A DNA stretch of 64,000 nt, taken from the IMG/VR virus record IMGVR_UViG_3300050505_000066, positions 1,017-65,016 of that record. One strand, written 5' to 3'. Positions within the stretch are counted from its first letter, which is position 1. Every line of letters begins with the position of its first letter. The position numbers were made by a program, and so were the translations under genes. Under the pieces are notes generated by a model that saw only the letters and a program-made list of their open reading frames with translations, had not been told where the DNA came from and made no database searches. This document shows, piece after piece, positions 30,923-40,787 of the stretch. The stretch comes from a virus.

Positions 30923-31086
30923 ATGCGTTGTCAATGCACAATGAATGATGAAGAATTTCCTTGGGTCCACACATTAACTTTGCGATGCTCAAATACAGGA
31001 AAATACAGAGTAGTTCGACATCGCCGAGGTAACCAAGAGTGGATCACCGTTTGTAAACTCTGTATGAAATTCCATAGGAGACGCCG

Positions 31087-31581
31087 ATGGAGAATCTAAA
31101 ACCCGCATATTGGTCTTCATATCCAAGTAGCTGTGGTCTCTCAGCCCTTGCAGCTGTTACAGGATTAGATACTAATAAGATTCTCAAGGATGTTCGAAAA
31201 TTTGATAAATATGTATGTACCGAAGGATATGGAATGTTCATGGAAGATGCCGCTCGATTCCTTTATAAAAAAGGATACAAAATCTCGGTCCTTCATGAAG
31301 GCAAAGTCAGTACAATTGCAGAAAGAATCAAAGAAAAGAAAGCAGTTCTTGCTATTCGAGTCGATCCAAACCTTAAACTTCCACCAGGGCAAACCGTTCA
31401 CGCTATTGCAGTTGGAAACAATCAGATTTGTGAAAACAATTGGGTATTTCCAACTCCAATTGAACCTTGGCTTAAATACAATCCTTGGAAATCTGAAAAA
31501 GTGATAGCTGGTATCATTATTGAAGATGAACCAAATCCAATCAGACGAATTCTCAACAACATCTTCGGTATCGGACGATAG
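31087..31581 (+). CDS. Papain-like (C39-type) cysteine peptidase-like protein
   Basis: 'SSCGLSALAAV' and 'HAIAV' catalytic-dyad pattern. Confidence 0.55.
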   Translation: MENLKPAYWSSYPSSCGLSALAAVTGLDTNKILKDVRKFDKYVCTEGYGMFMEDAARFLYKKGYKISVLHEGKVSTIAERIKEKKAVLAIRVDPNLKLPPGQTVHAIAVGNNQICENNWVFPTPIEPWLKYNPWKSEKVIAGIIIEDEPNPIRRILNNIFGIGR

Positions 31582-31644
31582 CTCAATGGTTTAGAGCACG
31601 TGTCTTATAAACACGCGATCCAGGTTCAATTCCTGGTCGTCCTA
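31572..31644 (+). tRNA. tRNA-Ile (anticodon UAU), no encoded CCA
   Basis: GCTC/GAGC D-stem, CGTGT-CT TAT AA-ACACG anticodon arm, CCAGG-TTCAATT-CCTGG T-arm; C1:U72 mismatch. Confidence 0.88.
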
Positions 31645-31652
31645 TTTCTCAC

Positions 31653-31683
31653 TTGACACCCCGCGAGGTAACTATGTTACAAT
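31653..31683 (+). promoter_or_regulatory. Sigma70-type promoter
   Basis: TTGACA, 19-nt spacer, extended -10 TGnTACAAT. Confidence 0.55.
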
Positions 31684-31704
31684 TCTCTTTCCTCAGGAGC
31701 CACC

Positions 31705-32136
31705 ATGTATCAAATGAACGAAGCTGAAAAAGAGCTTGTAGTTGCTTTGAGATCAGGGAAATATCAGCAAGGCATAAATTGTTTAAGACCAACTGAAAAT
31801 AGTTTTTGTTGTCTTGGTGTTGCTTGTGATATTTTCCTTCCAGGTTATTGGTCTGTTGAAAATCATAATGGTCACATGGCATGGTATTCAAAAAATACAC
31901 AAGGCTCAGTTTTACCATATGATGTTGTAGTAAAATTAAAATGGTACGATGAACAAGGAACTACAACTATTCCAGTAAATAGAGATGATCTAGATTCTAT
32001 GGGAAGTGATTTTTATGATTTAGCTACATTAAATGATTCAGGTTTTACATTTAATCAAATTGCTGATATCATTGAAGCAGGGCTTGTTTGTCATGACGAT
32101 GAAGAATACGCTTTATTGGAGGAAAAAGATGTCTAA
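31705..32136 (+). CDS. Conserved phage hypothetical protein
   Basis: 'ALRSGKYQQG...FCCLGVACD...LND.G.TFNQIAD' motif family common in phages. Confidence 0.7.
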   Translation: MYQMNEAEKELVVALRSGKYQQGINCLRPTENSFCCLGVACDIFLPGYWSVENHNGHMAWYSKNTQGSVLPYDVVVKLKWYDEQGTTTIPVNRDDLDSMGSDFYDLATLNDSGFTFNQIADIIEAGLVCHDDEEYALLEEKDV

Positions 32137-33325
32137 AATCCGCTGGTTTTGTGAACAACCAGAAAAAGACGCTATTCTCCAAGTTTACGATACTGCATCC
32201 ATGCCTTTCGTTCACGGTGTTGCTGTTATGCCTGACTGTCACTATGGTCGAGGTTCTACCGTGGGAACCGTAGTAGCTACAAAAGGGGCTATCATGCCCG
32301 CCTGTGTGGGGGTTGATATTGGATGTGGGATGATTGCCCTTGAAACAAATCTCACTCTTAAAGATATTAAGCCTTTTCTTTCAGATATTCGAAAAGGAAT
32401 TGAAAGACGAATTCCAACAGGGATTGGGAATTATGGAATGAATTCCAACCTTTCTGAAAGTGCAAGACCACGAATTGAAAAACTTGAAGACTTAAATGAA
32501 AAAGACGGTAAAAATAGAGGAGATTTTGATAAAAACTGGAGAAATGCTCTCGGAAGTCTCGGAGGGGGAAATCATTTTATTGAGATTTGTTTAAATCAAT
32601 ATGAAGCAAATCTTGACGAAACTCCAGTTTGGGTAATTCTCCACTCTGGCTCTCGTGGTGTTGGAAATAGAATTGGAACTTTTTGGACACGATTTGCTCA
32701 AAATCTAGCTAAGAAATATTATTATAACTCATTTCTTCCAAATCCCGATCTCGCATATCTCGTGGAAAAGAGCGAGGAATTCTGGTTCTACATGAAAGAC
32801 CTATTTTGGGCACAAGAATTCGCTCGTCTCAATCGCGAGGAAATGATGGACAGGGTAATCCAAGAACTGACTCACACTGTCTGTAAGACTACTACATCAG
32901 AGTACAACATTCAAGTTCAAAGAATCAATTGTCATCACAATTTTGTTCAGAAGGAAAATTACAGTGGACAAAATTATTGGATCACAAGAAAAGGAGCCAT
33001 TGAAGCAAAAGAAGGGATGTTGGCTCTCATCCCCGGTTCAATGGGAACCCCTTCATACGTTGTTAAAGGACTTGGAAACGAAGGAGCCTTCAATAGTGCC
33101 CCTCACGGTGCGGGAAGGAAAATGAGTCGTGGTAAAGCAAGAAAGATGTTTACTCTCGCCAATCTACAAGACAAGATGCAAGGAATTGAATCAAGGCTCA
33201 GAACTGAGATTCTTGATGAACACCCTGAGGCATACAAAGATATTAACCAAGTTATGGAAGAAGCAAAAACACTTGTCGAACCAGTTCACAAATTAGTGCA
33301 AGTGATTAATGTGAAGGGAGATTAA
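32129..33325 (+). CDS. rtcB: RNA 2',3'-cyclic phosphate/3'-phosphate--5'-OH ligase RtcB
   Basis: 'MPDCHYG', 'VGVDIGCG', 'GGGNHFIE', 'HSGSRG', 'HHN', 'HGAGR', 'DEHPEAYK'; start ATG 32129 with GGAGG RBS. Confidence 0.95.
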   Translation: MSKIRWFCEQPEKDAILQVYDTASMPFVHGVAVMPDCHYGRGSTVGTVVATKGAIMPACVGVDIGCGMIALETNLTLKDIKPFLSDIRKGIERRIPTGIGNYGMNSNLSESARPRIEKLEDLNEKDGKNRGDFDKNWRNALGSLGGGNHFIEICLNQYEANLDETPVWVILHSGSRGVGNRIGTFWTRFAQNLAKKYYYNSFLPNPDLAYLVEKSEEFWFYMKDLFWAQEFARLNREEMMDRVIQELTHTVCKTTTSEYNIQVQRINCHHNFVQKENYSGQNYWITRKGAIEAKEGMLALIPGSMGTPSYVVKGLGNEGAFNSAPHGAGRKMSRGKARKMFTLANLQDKMQGIESRLRTEILDEHPEAYKDINQVMEEAKTLVEPVHKLVQVINVKGD

Positions 33326-33625
33326 ATGAAGGAAAAATGGGAATTAATTGGTGAAGTTGGTGTTGATTCAGGGACTATTATGATTTGTGATCCTTGTTAC
33401 TGGATAGATAGTCAAGAAAAGAAATTTACATGGAAAGAATGGTGTAAACTTACAGAAAAATTAGGATTATTTAAAGATGGTTTTTCATCAATTCCCTATG
33501 ATTTAGGTCATGAAGGAAGAGGAGTTGTTATTGGTTCATTTGGTGGAGATGGAACTTATGGCGTTTATGTAAAAAGAAAAGGATTAGCAATTCAAGAAAT
33601 GAAGATTGTTTTTAATAATTATTAG
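33326..33625 (+). CDS. Hypothetical protein (DUF4241-like)
   Basis: 'GEVGVDSGTIMICDPCY' and 'GGDGTYGVY'. Confidence 0.55.
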   Translation: MKEKWELIGEVGVDSGTIMICDPCYWIDSQEKKFTWKEWCKLTEKLGLFKDGFSSIPYDLGHEGRGVVIGSFGGDGTYGVYVKRKGLAIQEMKIVFNNY

Positions 33626-34045
33626 AAAGGAATTTTAATGTCTGACTTAAAGAGATTAAAATGAATTATGACCCATCAAGACTACATCCAAATCTTTGGA
33701 CACTAGCTGATGTTCAAGCTGCCCTTGATGAAATAAATTATCAGGATAATCATGGAACTCCATTTGGTTTTAATGAATTTCGTAAAGCTTTAGAAAATAG
33801 GAAAAAAGAAATACTTCGTAATGGAATTCTTTTATCTGAAAAAATATAAGGAGGATTAAAATTGGAACAGATGTTTTCTAAACTTAGACAATTATCTCAA
33901 AATTTAGATGATATTTGTGATTGTGAAGAATCAAAATGTATCACATGTGAAGGATCATATCTTATAGATGATGTAATCGAAAAATTAGAAGGTTTGGAAA
34001 CTGCAATTAATGATTTAAATTCTACTTGGGACGGAGAGAATTAAA

Positions 34046-34294
34046 ATGAGAAAATGTCGAAAGTGTAATAAGAAAACCTATCTGTATTATTGCCCTGATT
34101 GCCAAAACACAAGAACTGATGATGATGATGATTTTGATTCTTTAAATCCTCTTAATCCTCTCAGTCCAATAAGTCCCTTTAATCCATTATTGGATTTCAC
34201 TCCAACCCCCGATCCAATTGATTCTGGATCATCTGGATTTGATGGATTTGGTGGAGGAGAATCAGGTGGTGGTGGAGCGAGTGGAGGATTTTAA
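34046..34294 (+). CDS. Small CxxC protein with Gly-rich C-terminal tail
   Basis: CRKC..CPDC; ends FGGGESGGGGASGGF. Confidence 0.6.
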   Translation: MRKCRKCNKKTYLYYCPDCQNTRTDDDDDFDSLNPLNPLSPISPFNPLLDFTPTPDPIDSGSSGFDGFGGGESGGGGASGGF

Positions 34295-34650
34295 TGTCTG
34301 AAACTCAAAATGAAGTTCTTTATCAAGAACTCCTCAAAGCCAAAGACGAACTAATCTCAGCCATGCGAGAATTCATGGGTCCCGCAAATCAAATCGCGGC
34401 TGCTCTTCTTCTCCGTGCTGAACAGATTAAACCTGAACTTGGTGAGGGGTTTCAGAGACGAGTTAAACGAATTATGTATAAGGAAACTCCTGCCTCGGGG
34501 GAGGGCATCAACAAGAATGAAGAATCAGAGATTAAACAAGAATTAGCTGAAAAAGAAGCTTCTATCCCTGTTGGAAAGAGAGCTTGTTCAATTTGTAGAA
34601 AGCCGGGGCATCGTAGAACAAATTGTCCTGAAATTAAGGTGGTTTTATAA
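34294..34650 (+). CDS. Protein with C-terminal CCHC zinc knuckle
   Basis: 'CSICRKPGHRRTNC'. Confidence 0.65.
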   Translation: MSETQNEVLYQELLKAKDELISAMREFMGPANQIAAALLLRAEQIKPELGEGFQRRVKRIMYKETPASGEGINKNEESEIKQELAEKEASIPVGKRACSICRKPGHRRTNCPEIKVVL

Positions 34651-34725
34651 TGTTATGGTGGTTTGTAGCGACAGGGGGTCCTTGGAGTTTTAATTATCTC
34701 CCTTGGAATTGGAAAATTTTCCCTG

Positions 34726-35895
34726 ATGTCAAATAATGATCTTCGTCTCATAGGTCTCGAAAAGGTCAAACCCTATGCACTCATTGAATCTACGCAACTA
34801 TATCATATCGAGTCGCCGCCGATGCTGGTGGATGGCATTCTGCCAAAACAGACGATTACTGGTCTGACCTCGTATCCTGGCGTGGGGAAAACGTGGCTAG
34901 CCTTCGAACTCATGCGAGCTATTGCGACAGGCACCAAATTCCTAAACTATTTCCAAGCGGAACAAGGCTCTGTACTCTTTGTGGGAAGCGATGCCTCCAT
35001 CTTCGATTACGCTCGTCAATGGCGACGCCTAACGGTCCAAGAATGGTCCAAGCTCGCCCCCGAGGAAACTAATTGGCAACACTTCGAGAATCCTCTTGAC
35101 GACCATGTACGTTTTCTGATACAATCTGACTTCATGTTCGAAAACTTGGACTCCGTTCGACAACTTATCCAGACTTCGAGGCAATTCCAATGGGGTTTGC
35201 CAACGCAAACAGAACAAGGGATTTACCGTAATAGTGGTTTTTCCCTTATTATCTTTGATACACTTTCAGCTTTAACTCATTGCAATCAAAACGATAACAC
35301 CCAAATGCAGGAAGTCTTTCGTAATCTTAGACTTATCTCTGAACAATCTAGGGCGGGCGTTATGATTCTCCACCATAACTCATATGCCAATGAATTCAAT
35401 GATGGAGAACGATGGAGAGGAGCGGGAGCACAAATTGGTGCTCTTGATAACTGGTTTCACTTAACTCCTAGTCAGACTGATACCTCGTTGGTGGGGGTTA
35501 AAGTAAAGAGATTCAGGGGAATAACCCCTGCTCCATTCTCATATGAGATGAACGTTAATGATGAAGAAACAGCTTCATTAGTCTTTAGTAAGGAAGACGT
35601 TAACAACAATGCAAAAATAGATGACGGTATGTCTGAATCTGTTATTAATTTTTTACATTCTCCCGTCGCTGTAGGTAAATGGTTCACGCTCAAACAAGTA
35701 TCTGAGGCTATTTGGCCTGAATATAAGGAGCTTTATGGTAACAATTTAAAGAGATTCACTAACACTGTCCGTGATCATCTTAATCATGAGTGTAGGAAAT
35801 CAACTCCTAGTGTTGTGAAGTCTGGTGGAGGCCAACGAGGTATCAGAGCGGAATTTACCGCAAAGCGAAAGGAAAATGATGCATCATCTAACTAG
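34726..35895 (+). CDS. AAA_25 / RepA-like replicative helicase
   Basis: Walker A 'YPGVGKT', Walker B 'IIFDTL', 'ILHH', 'RWRGAG'. Confidence 0.85.
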   Translation: MSNNDLRLIGLEKVKPYALIESTQLYHIESPPMLVDGILPKQTITGLTSYPGVGKTWLAFELMRAIATGTKFLNYFQAEQGSVLFVGSDASIFDYARQWRRLTVQEWSKLAPEETNWQHFENPLDDHVRFLIQSDFMFENLDSVRQLIQTSRQFQWGLPTQTEQGIYRNSGFSLIIFDTLSALTHCNQNDNTQMQEVFRNLRLISEQSRAGVMILHHNSYANEFNDGERWRGAGAQIGALDNWFHLTPSQTDTSLVGVKVKRFRGITPAPFSYEMNVNDEETASLVFSKEDVNNNAKIDDGMSESVINFLHSPVAVGKWFTLKQVSEAIWPEYKELYGNNLKRFTNTVRDHLNHECRKSTPSVVKSGGGQRGIRAEFTAKRKENDASSN

Positions 35896-36049
35896 TTTTG
35901 TTGGTGGGTTAATTCTTGGGGTAGCTACTCTATTTGCAACCACTTATTTACGTGATGAACGTTACGCAAGTTTCAAAACTTTTTGTCTGAGTTCAATGTG
36001 GGCAGTTTTGATTGTTCTTCTATTTGCTTATGGTTTTCATGGGTGAAAA

Positions 36050-36799
36050 ATGATAAACCAAAAGATCGCTGAAGATAATTGCATTCTTCGTGCTCAAGTT
36101 GGTTCTAAAGCTCACGGTCTTAACATTGAGGGAACAGATGATACAGACGAGATGGGAATTTGTATTCCTCCTCCTGAATATGTGATTGGTCTTAAACCTT
36201 TTGAGCAGTGGGTTTACAGAACCCAACCCGAGGGAGTTAGAAGTGGTCCCGGTGATCTTGATCTTACGATCTATTCTCTTAAGAAGTATGTAAAGCTTGC
36301 AGCAGGAGGAAATCCATCCATCTTGATGTTGTTGTTTCTTCCATCATATCAATTTAAACATTATCTTGCTGAAGATTTGATTAAACACCGAGAATGGTTC
36401 ATTTCTAAAAGGGCGCTTAAAGCATATCTTAATTATATGATCGCTCAAAAAGAAAGACTTTTTGGGGAAAGAGGTCAAAAACGAGTTAATCGGCCTGAAT
36501 TAGTTGAAGAGTTCGGTTTCGATGTAAAGTACGCTATGCATGTTATTCGTCTTGGACTTCAAGGGCAAGAACTAGCAAAAACTCATAATATTTCATTACC
36601 AATGAATGAAGTGGATAAGGGTTGTTGTTTAGCAATTCGAAAAGGACGATGGTCTCTTATAGAAATTCGTCAATATTATGAATCTTTAAGAACTAAATTA
36701 GAATATGAAATTGATGAAGGAGACCTTCCCGATGAACCAAATCACAATCGAATTGATAATTGGTTAGTTGATGTTCACCAAGAGTATTGGAGACTTTAA
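36050..36799 (+). CDS. DNA polymerase beta-superfamily nucleotidyltransferase (PF10127-like)
   Basis: 'VGSKAHGL...DDTDEMG', 'GNPSIL', 'KYAMHVIRL'. Confidence 0.85.
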   Translation: MINQKIAEDNCILRAQVGSKAHGLNIEGTDDTDEMGICIPPPEYVIGLKPFEQWVYRTQPEGVRSGPGDLDLTIYSLKKYVKLAAGGNPSILMLLFLPSYQFKHYLAEDLIKHREWFISKRALKAYLNYMIAQKERLFGERGQKRVNRPELVEEFGFDVKYAMHVIRLGLQGQELAKTHNISLPMNEVDKGCCLAIRKGRWSLIEIRQYYESLRTKLEYEIDEGDLPDEPNHNRIDNWLVDVHQEYWRL

Positions 36800-37202
36800 A
36801 AGAAAGGGTTTAAGTGAAACAGGAAATTGCTGTTGGTCTAAATAAAGAAACTGCTGATCTTCTCCGTGATTTAGCTTCAAAGATTGGTGTGACAGTAGAT
36901 CATCTTTGGGGTGTACTTGTGAAGCAAGCCCCAATTTATGGGTGGACTATTCTTTCCCTTGGAATTCCTCTTTTGTTCGGATGGATTTTTTGGTTTAGAT
37001 GGTTGGGCTGGCTTGAGAGGACAATAAATAGTAAAAAAGAAAAACATCAATATTATGAAAGTGATCCTCACTATGTTGGAGCAGTAGTAAGTGCAATTTT
37101 ATTAGTAACTGGAACTTTGATATGGGTTTTTAATCTTCCTACAGTTTTTGGTTGTTTATTCAATCCTGAATATTGGGCACTTAAACAAATTTGGAAGTAA
37201 AG

Positions 37203-37766
37203 ATGATTAAAAATGATAAATGGATTCTGAATCATTGTAACTCAACCGATCGTCTCATTGAACCCTTTGAAGTTCAAAAAGAAAAAGGGATTTCGTGGGG
37301 TGTTTCCTCGTTTGGGTATGATCTTCGACTTGCAGATGAATTCAAGATATGTAATGGTGGAGAATATTTTCAACCAGGATCAGCACGGATAATTGATCCA
37401 AAAAACTTTGATCCTAAACTTTTTGAGGATTATAAAGATGATTTTTGTATTATCCCTCCTCATGGTTTCGTTTTAGGTAGGAGTGTTGAGTATCTTCGAA
37501 TTCCACGAAATATTATGACAGTTTGTGTGGGTAAATCTACTTATGCTAGATGTGGGATTATTCTCAATGTGACTCCTCTTGAACCGGAGTGGGAGGGTTA
37601 CGTTACCTTGGAGATTTCTAATACGACTCCACTTCCCGCTAAGATATATGCCAACGAGGGAATAGCCCAAATTCTCTTCTTTGAAGGTGAAGAACCTTGG
37701 ACATCATATGCTGATAAAAAAGGAAAGTATCAAGGACAGAAAGGGATAACACTTCCACGTTTGTGA
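37203..37766 (+). CDS. dcd: dCTP deaminase
   Basis: 'SSFGYDLRL', '[10 protein letters not shown]', 'PLEPEWEG', 'GKYQGQ'. Confidence 0.95.
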   Translation: MIKNDKWILNHCNSTDRLIEPFEVQKEKGISWGVSSFGYDLRLADEFKICNGGEYFQPGSARIIDPKNFDPKLFEDYKDDFCIIPPHGFVLGRSVEYLRIPRNIMTVCVGKSTYARCGIILNVTPLEPEWEGYVTLEISNTTPLPAKIYANEGIAQILFFEGEEPWTSYADKKGKYQGQKGITLPRL

Positions 37767-37974
37767 TTATCCACAAATACCGTTGGTCTAATAAAAATAA
37801 ATTACTTTGTGGTTTAAATATTTGGAAAACTACCCATAATCAATGGAAATATGTAACATGCAAAAAATGTTTAAAATTCAGGAAAGGAAATGAAAAAACC
37901 AAACATCCGAAAGCTTCTTAATGAACACGAACCAGATGAAGTGGATGAAATTTTAATTGAGAAAGGACTAAAGA

Positions 37975-38649
37975 GTGGAATTAACAGAATTTATAGAAAA
38001 ACAAAAAGAAAATTTGAGGAGGGGGATAGCAGAACTTCAAAACCCTCTAGCCGAAGAAAAGAAAATTGAGTTTACTCCTTGGCCAAAGATAAGTCGTTTT
38101 AATCGTGAAATATGTATCACGGAGAAAATTGATGGCACAAATTCAGCTATTGGAATCACCGATAACGGGGAAGTTTATGCTCAATCTCGCAACCGCATTC
38201 TTGAGCCGGGAAAATCTGACAATTACGGTTTTGCTGGATGGGTCCAAAAACATAAAGAAAGCCTTAAATTACTTGGGCCTGGAGTCCACTTCGGGGAATG
38301 GTATGGGGTTGGAATTGGTCGTGGATATGGACTTTCAAAAAGAGTATTTGCCCTCTTTAATGTTAAAAGGTGGAGAGAAGAGAAAGAGAATTTAATTTTT
38401 CAATCTTTGTGGGGACAAAATATAGATATTCGAACTGTTCCAGTCCTTTATGAAGGACCTTGGTGTGATCCTAAATTTGGGGATTTCATGCCTCCCAAGA
38501 TTCTTTATCAACTCGGAGCACACGGTTCAAAAGCTGAACCGGGATATGATCGCCCTGAGGGAATTGTAATTTTTCATAAAGCCAGCCAAGCGATGTTCAA
38601 AATCACCTTAGAAAAGGATTCTGAATGGAAGGAACAAAGCAAAACTTAG
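37975..38649 (+). CDS. ATP-dependent RNA ligase (Rnl2-like adenylation domain)
   Basis: 'TEKIDGTN' (KxDG), 'FGEWYG', 'FALFNV', 'EGIVI'. Confidence 0.85.
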   Translation: MELTEFIEKQKENLRRGIAELQNPLAEEKKIEFTPWPKISRFNREICITEKIDGTNSAIGITDNGEVYAQSRNRILEPGKSDNYGFAGWVQKHKESLKLLGPGVHFGEWYGVGIGRGYGLSKRVFALFNVKRWREEKENLIFQSLWGQNIDIRTVPVLYEGPWCDPKFGDFMPPKILYQLGAHGSKAEPGYDRPEGIVIFHKASQAMFKITLEKDSEWKEQSKT

Positions 38650-39604
38650 AGGAACTTTTAGCCTACCCAAGTATCAGTCATCCTTGGTTCTTGGTGCAGA
38701 AGAAACAAGATCGTCGAATGCTCTATTACACCTTTCAACTCGAAGGTAATCACGAATTTACAGATAAGAAATCTCAAGCTATGATCTTCACAAATCTTGT
38801 TTATGCCTCGCGAGTGGCTCTTGTGGAGAATTCAGAGATTCGTGTTCTCGTGACGAAAGAGGATGCCATTGAGTTTGGACGCGAAATTATGTAGAAATTG
38901 TGGAGATTTTCTAGATCGAGATTCTCTTTTGGGTCGTTGTTCTAATTGTATTCGTAAACGTGAGGAACATACTTTGTGGATGAATGATCGTGAGTTGATG
39001 GAAAAGATTATAAACGAGATGTCAAAAGTTCTTGACATGAGAATTACTGAGGGTTGTTATGAGTATGAGTGCATTAAACGTTGGAAAGATATGCTTGGAC
39101 ATAAAACTGTAGGAGCATTTGAACCACCAGATGAAATTATCTAGTCTTGAAATGTTGGAAGTCGAAATAAGAGCACTTGAGCCTTGGCCTTTACCATCTG
39201 ATTTTTCTAATTTTAAAGAATATAAAGATTATTTAGATGGAATGGGACCACGATATCGTCAGATGAAAGCTGATCTAATTAGATTAAAAAGATCATTAAA
39301 GAGATTAAGATGAGAAAACCTATTCCACTTCGATGTGTTCAATGTGATGAAATAATTTATGATGATCAACCTTATGATGAATATGGTTGGGATTGGGATT
39401 CTAGTCCAATGCCCTGTCATACCTCATGTTGGAAAGAATCAGAACTTAAAAAGAGAGAAGAACAAATAAAATATCTTGAAAAAATAAAAGAACTTAGTAA
39501 AATGCCACGAGATTCATTAAGTTACAATGACCTTCTTGCTTTACATTCATATGAAATGCATCAAAGTTTTGTCGATTTTATAACCCAACCAACCGAGGGG
39601 TTTA

Positions 39605-39883
39605 ATGAAAGTTCTTGGAAATCGAATTCTAGTAAAGAAGATTGATCCACCCAAACCAGAATCTTCACTCATTGAAGTTATTCAATTCGAACAAGAAGAA
39701 TCTCAATTCGCTCTTGTTCTTGGTGTTGGTAATGGGCCTCAAGTAGACCCCGAGGTGACAAAGGGAGATACTGTTGTAATCAAGCCCTATTCAGGTGCTC
39801 CTTTAAAAGTGAACATCAAAGGAAAGGATGTTGAAGCTCATATGTTAGCAGCTGAAGATGTTTTGGCGGTAGTTTTAGTATGA
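39605..39883 (+). CDS. groES: GroES-like co-chaperonin
   Basis: 'LGNRILVK', 'VLGVGNG', 'GDTVV', 'EDVLAV'; the mobile loop is divergent. Confidence 0.8.
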   Translation: MKVLGNRILVKKIDPPKPESSLIEVIQFEQEESQFALVLGVGNGPQVDPEVTKGDTVVIKPYSGAPLKVNIKGKDVEAHMLAAEDVLAVVLV

Positions 39884-40250
39884 GTTGGTCTTTTACACCA
39901 AGATTTAATATCCAAAAATGGTTGTGTAAACATCGTTTCCATTGGTGGATAAATATGGTTTCTCAGAAAGGTAATGAATATCGTATATGTTTATGGGATA
40001 GTTGTACATCATATCAACGACCTATTAAAAAAGGAAGACTCTTCACAAAATGGGAATATTGCTCTTCTTTCCAAGCATGGGGGTTAAGAGATTAAAATGA
40101 CTTCTTGTCGTCACGATCCTAAACTTTTAACTGGTCTCCCAATTGGAATGTATCACTGTCCTGATTGTGGGATTATGGTTGTGGCTGGACTTCCCCACCT
40201 TACTGATAAAGATTGTAAAGATTTAGACCCATATTGGGAAAAACCAATTT

Positions 40251-40787
40251 ATGATAATCGAACCAATCCATAATTCCACCCAAGTCGAACTTATGCGTCA
40301 GATTTACAATGAGAACCGACAATACATGGAAACAAAAGGACCATTACCAGAACGCACCCGTGAGGCTCAACTTGAATGGTGGGATTCATTAGATCATGAT
40401 AAGGTAAAGGCATGGTTACATTATGATTTATTTGAAAGACTCTTTTTATCAGATCATAATGATGAACGAAAACTAATTGGTTTTTCAATGCTTCAAAACC
40501 GTGGATCATTTTCAACTCCCATGTTTGCAATTAAAAAAGAATACCATGGCAAGGGGTATGGTCGAGAATTCATAAAGTGGTATCTCGACCGAGCATCGCG
40601 ACCCCTTGCCGGTTCTCAACTTCAATCTAATAAGGCGATTTGTCATTTGAATAAGGAGTTTGGGTGGAAAATTCTTTGTTCCCATAGTGGTGTAGATCAT
40701 TTATATCATCCCGGTCCTAACTATTGGATAACTTTACATTTTTTAGATGTTGTAAAATTTCATCATCCAGAGGAGAATAACAATTAA
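40251..40787 (+). CDS. GNAT-family N-acetyltransferase
   Basis: Acetyl-CoA loop 'YHGKGYGRE' and 'NKAICHLNKEFGW'. Confidence 0.75.
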   Translation: MIIEPIHNSTQVELMRQIYNENRQYMETKGPLPERTREAQLEWWDSLDHDKVKAWLHYDLFERLFLSDHNDERKLIGFSMLQNRGSFSTPMFAIKKEYHGKGYGREFIKWYLDRASRPLAGSQLQSNKAICHLNKEFGWKILCSHSGVDHLYHPGPNYWITLHFLDVVKFHHPEENNN

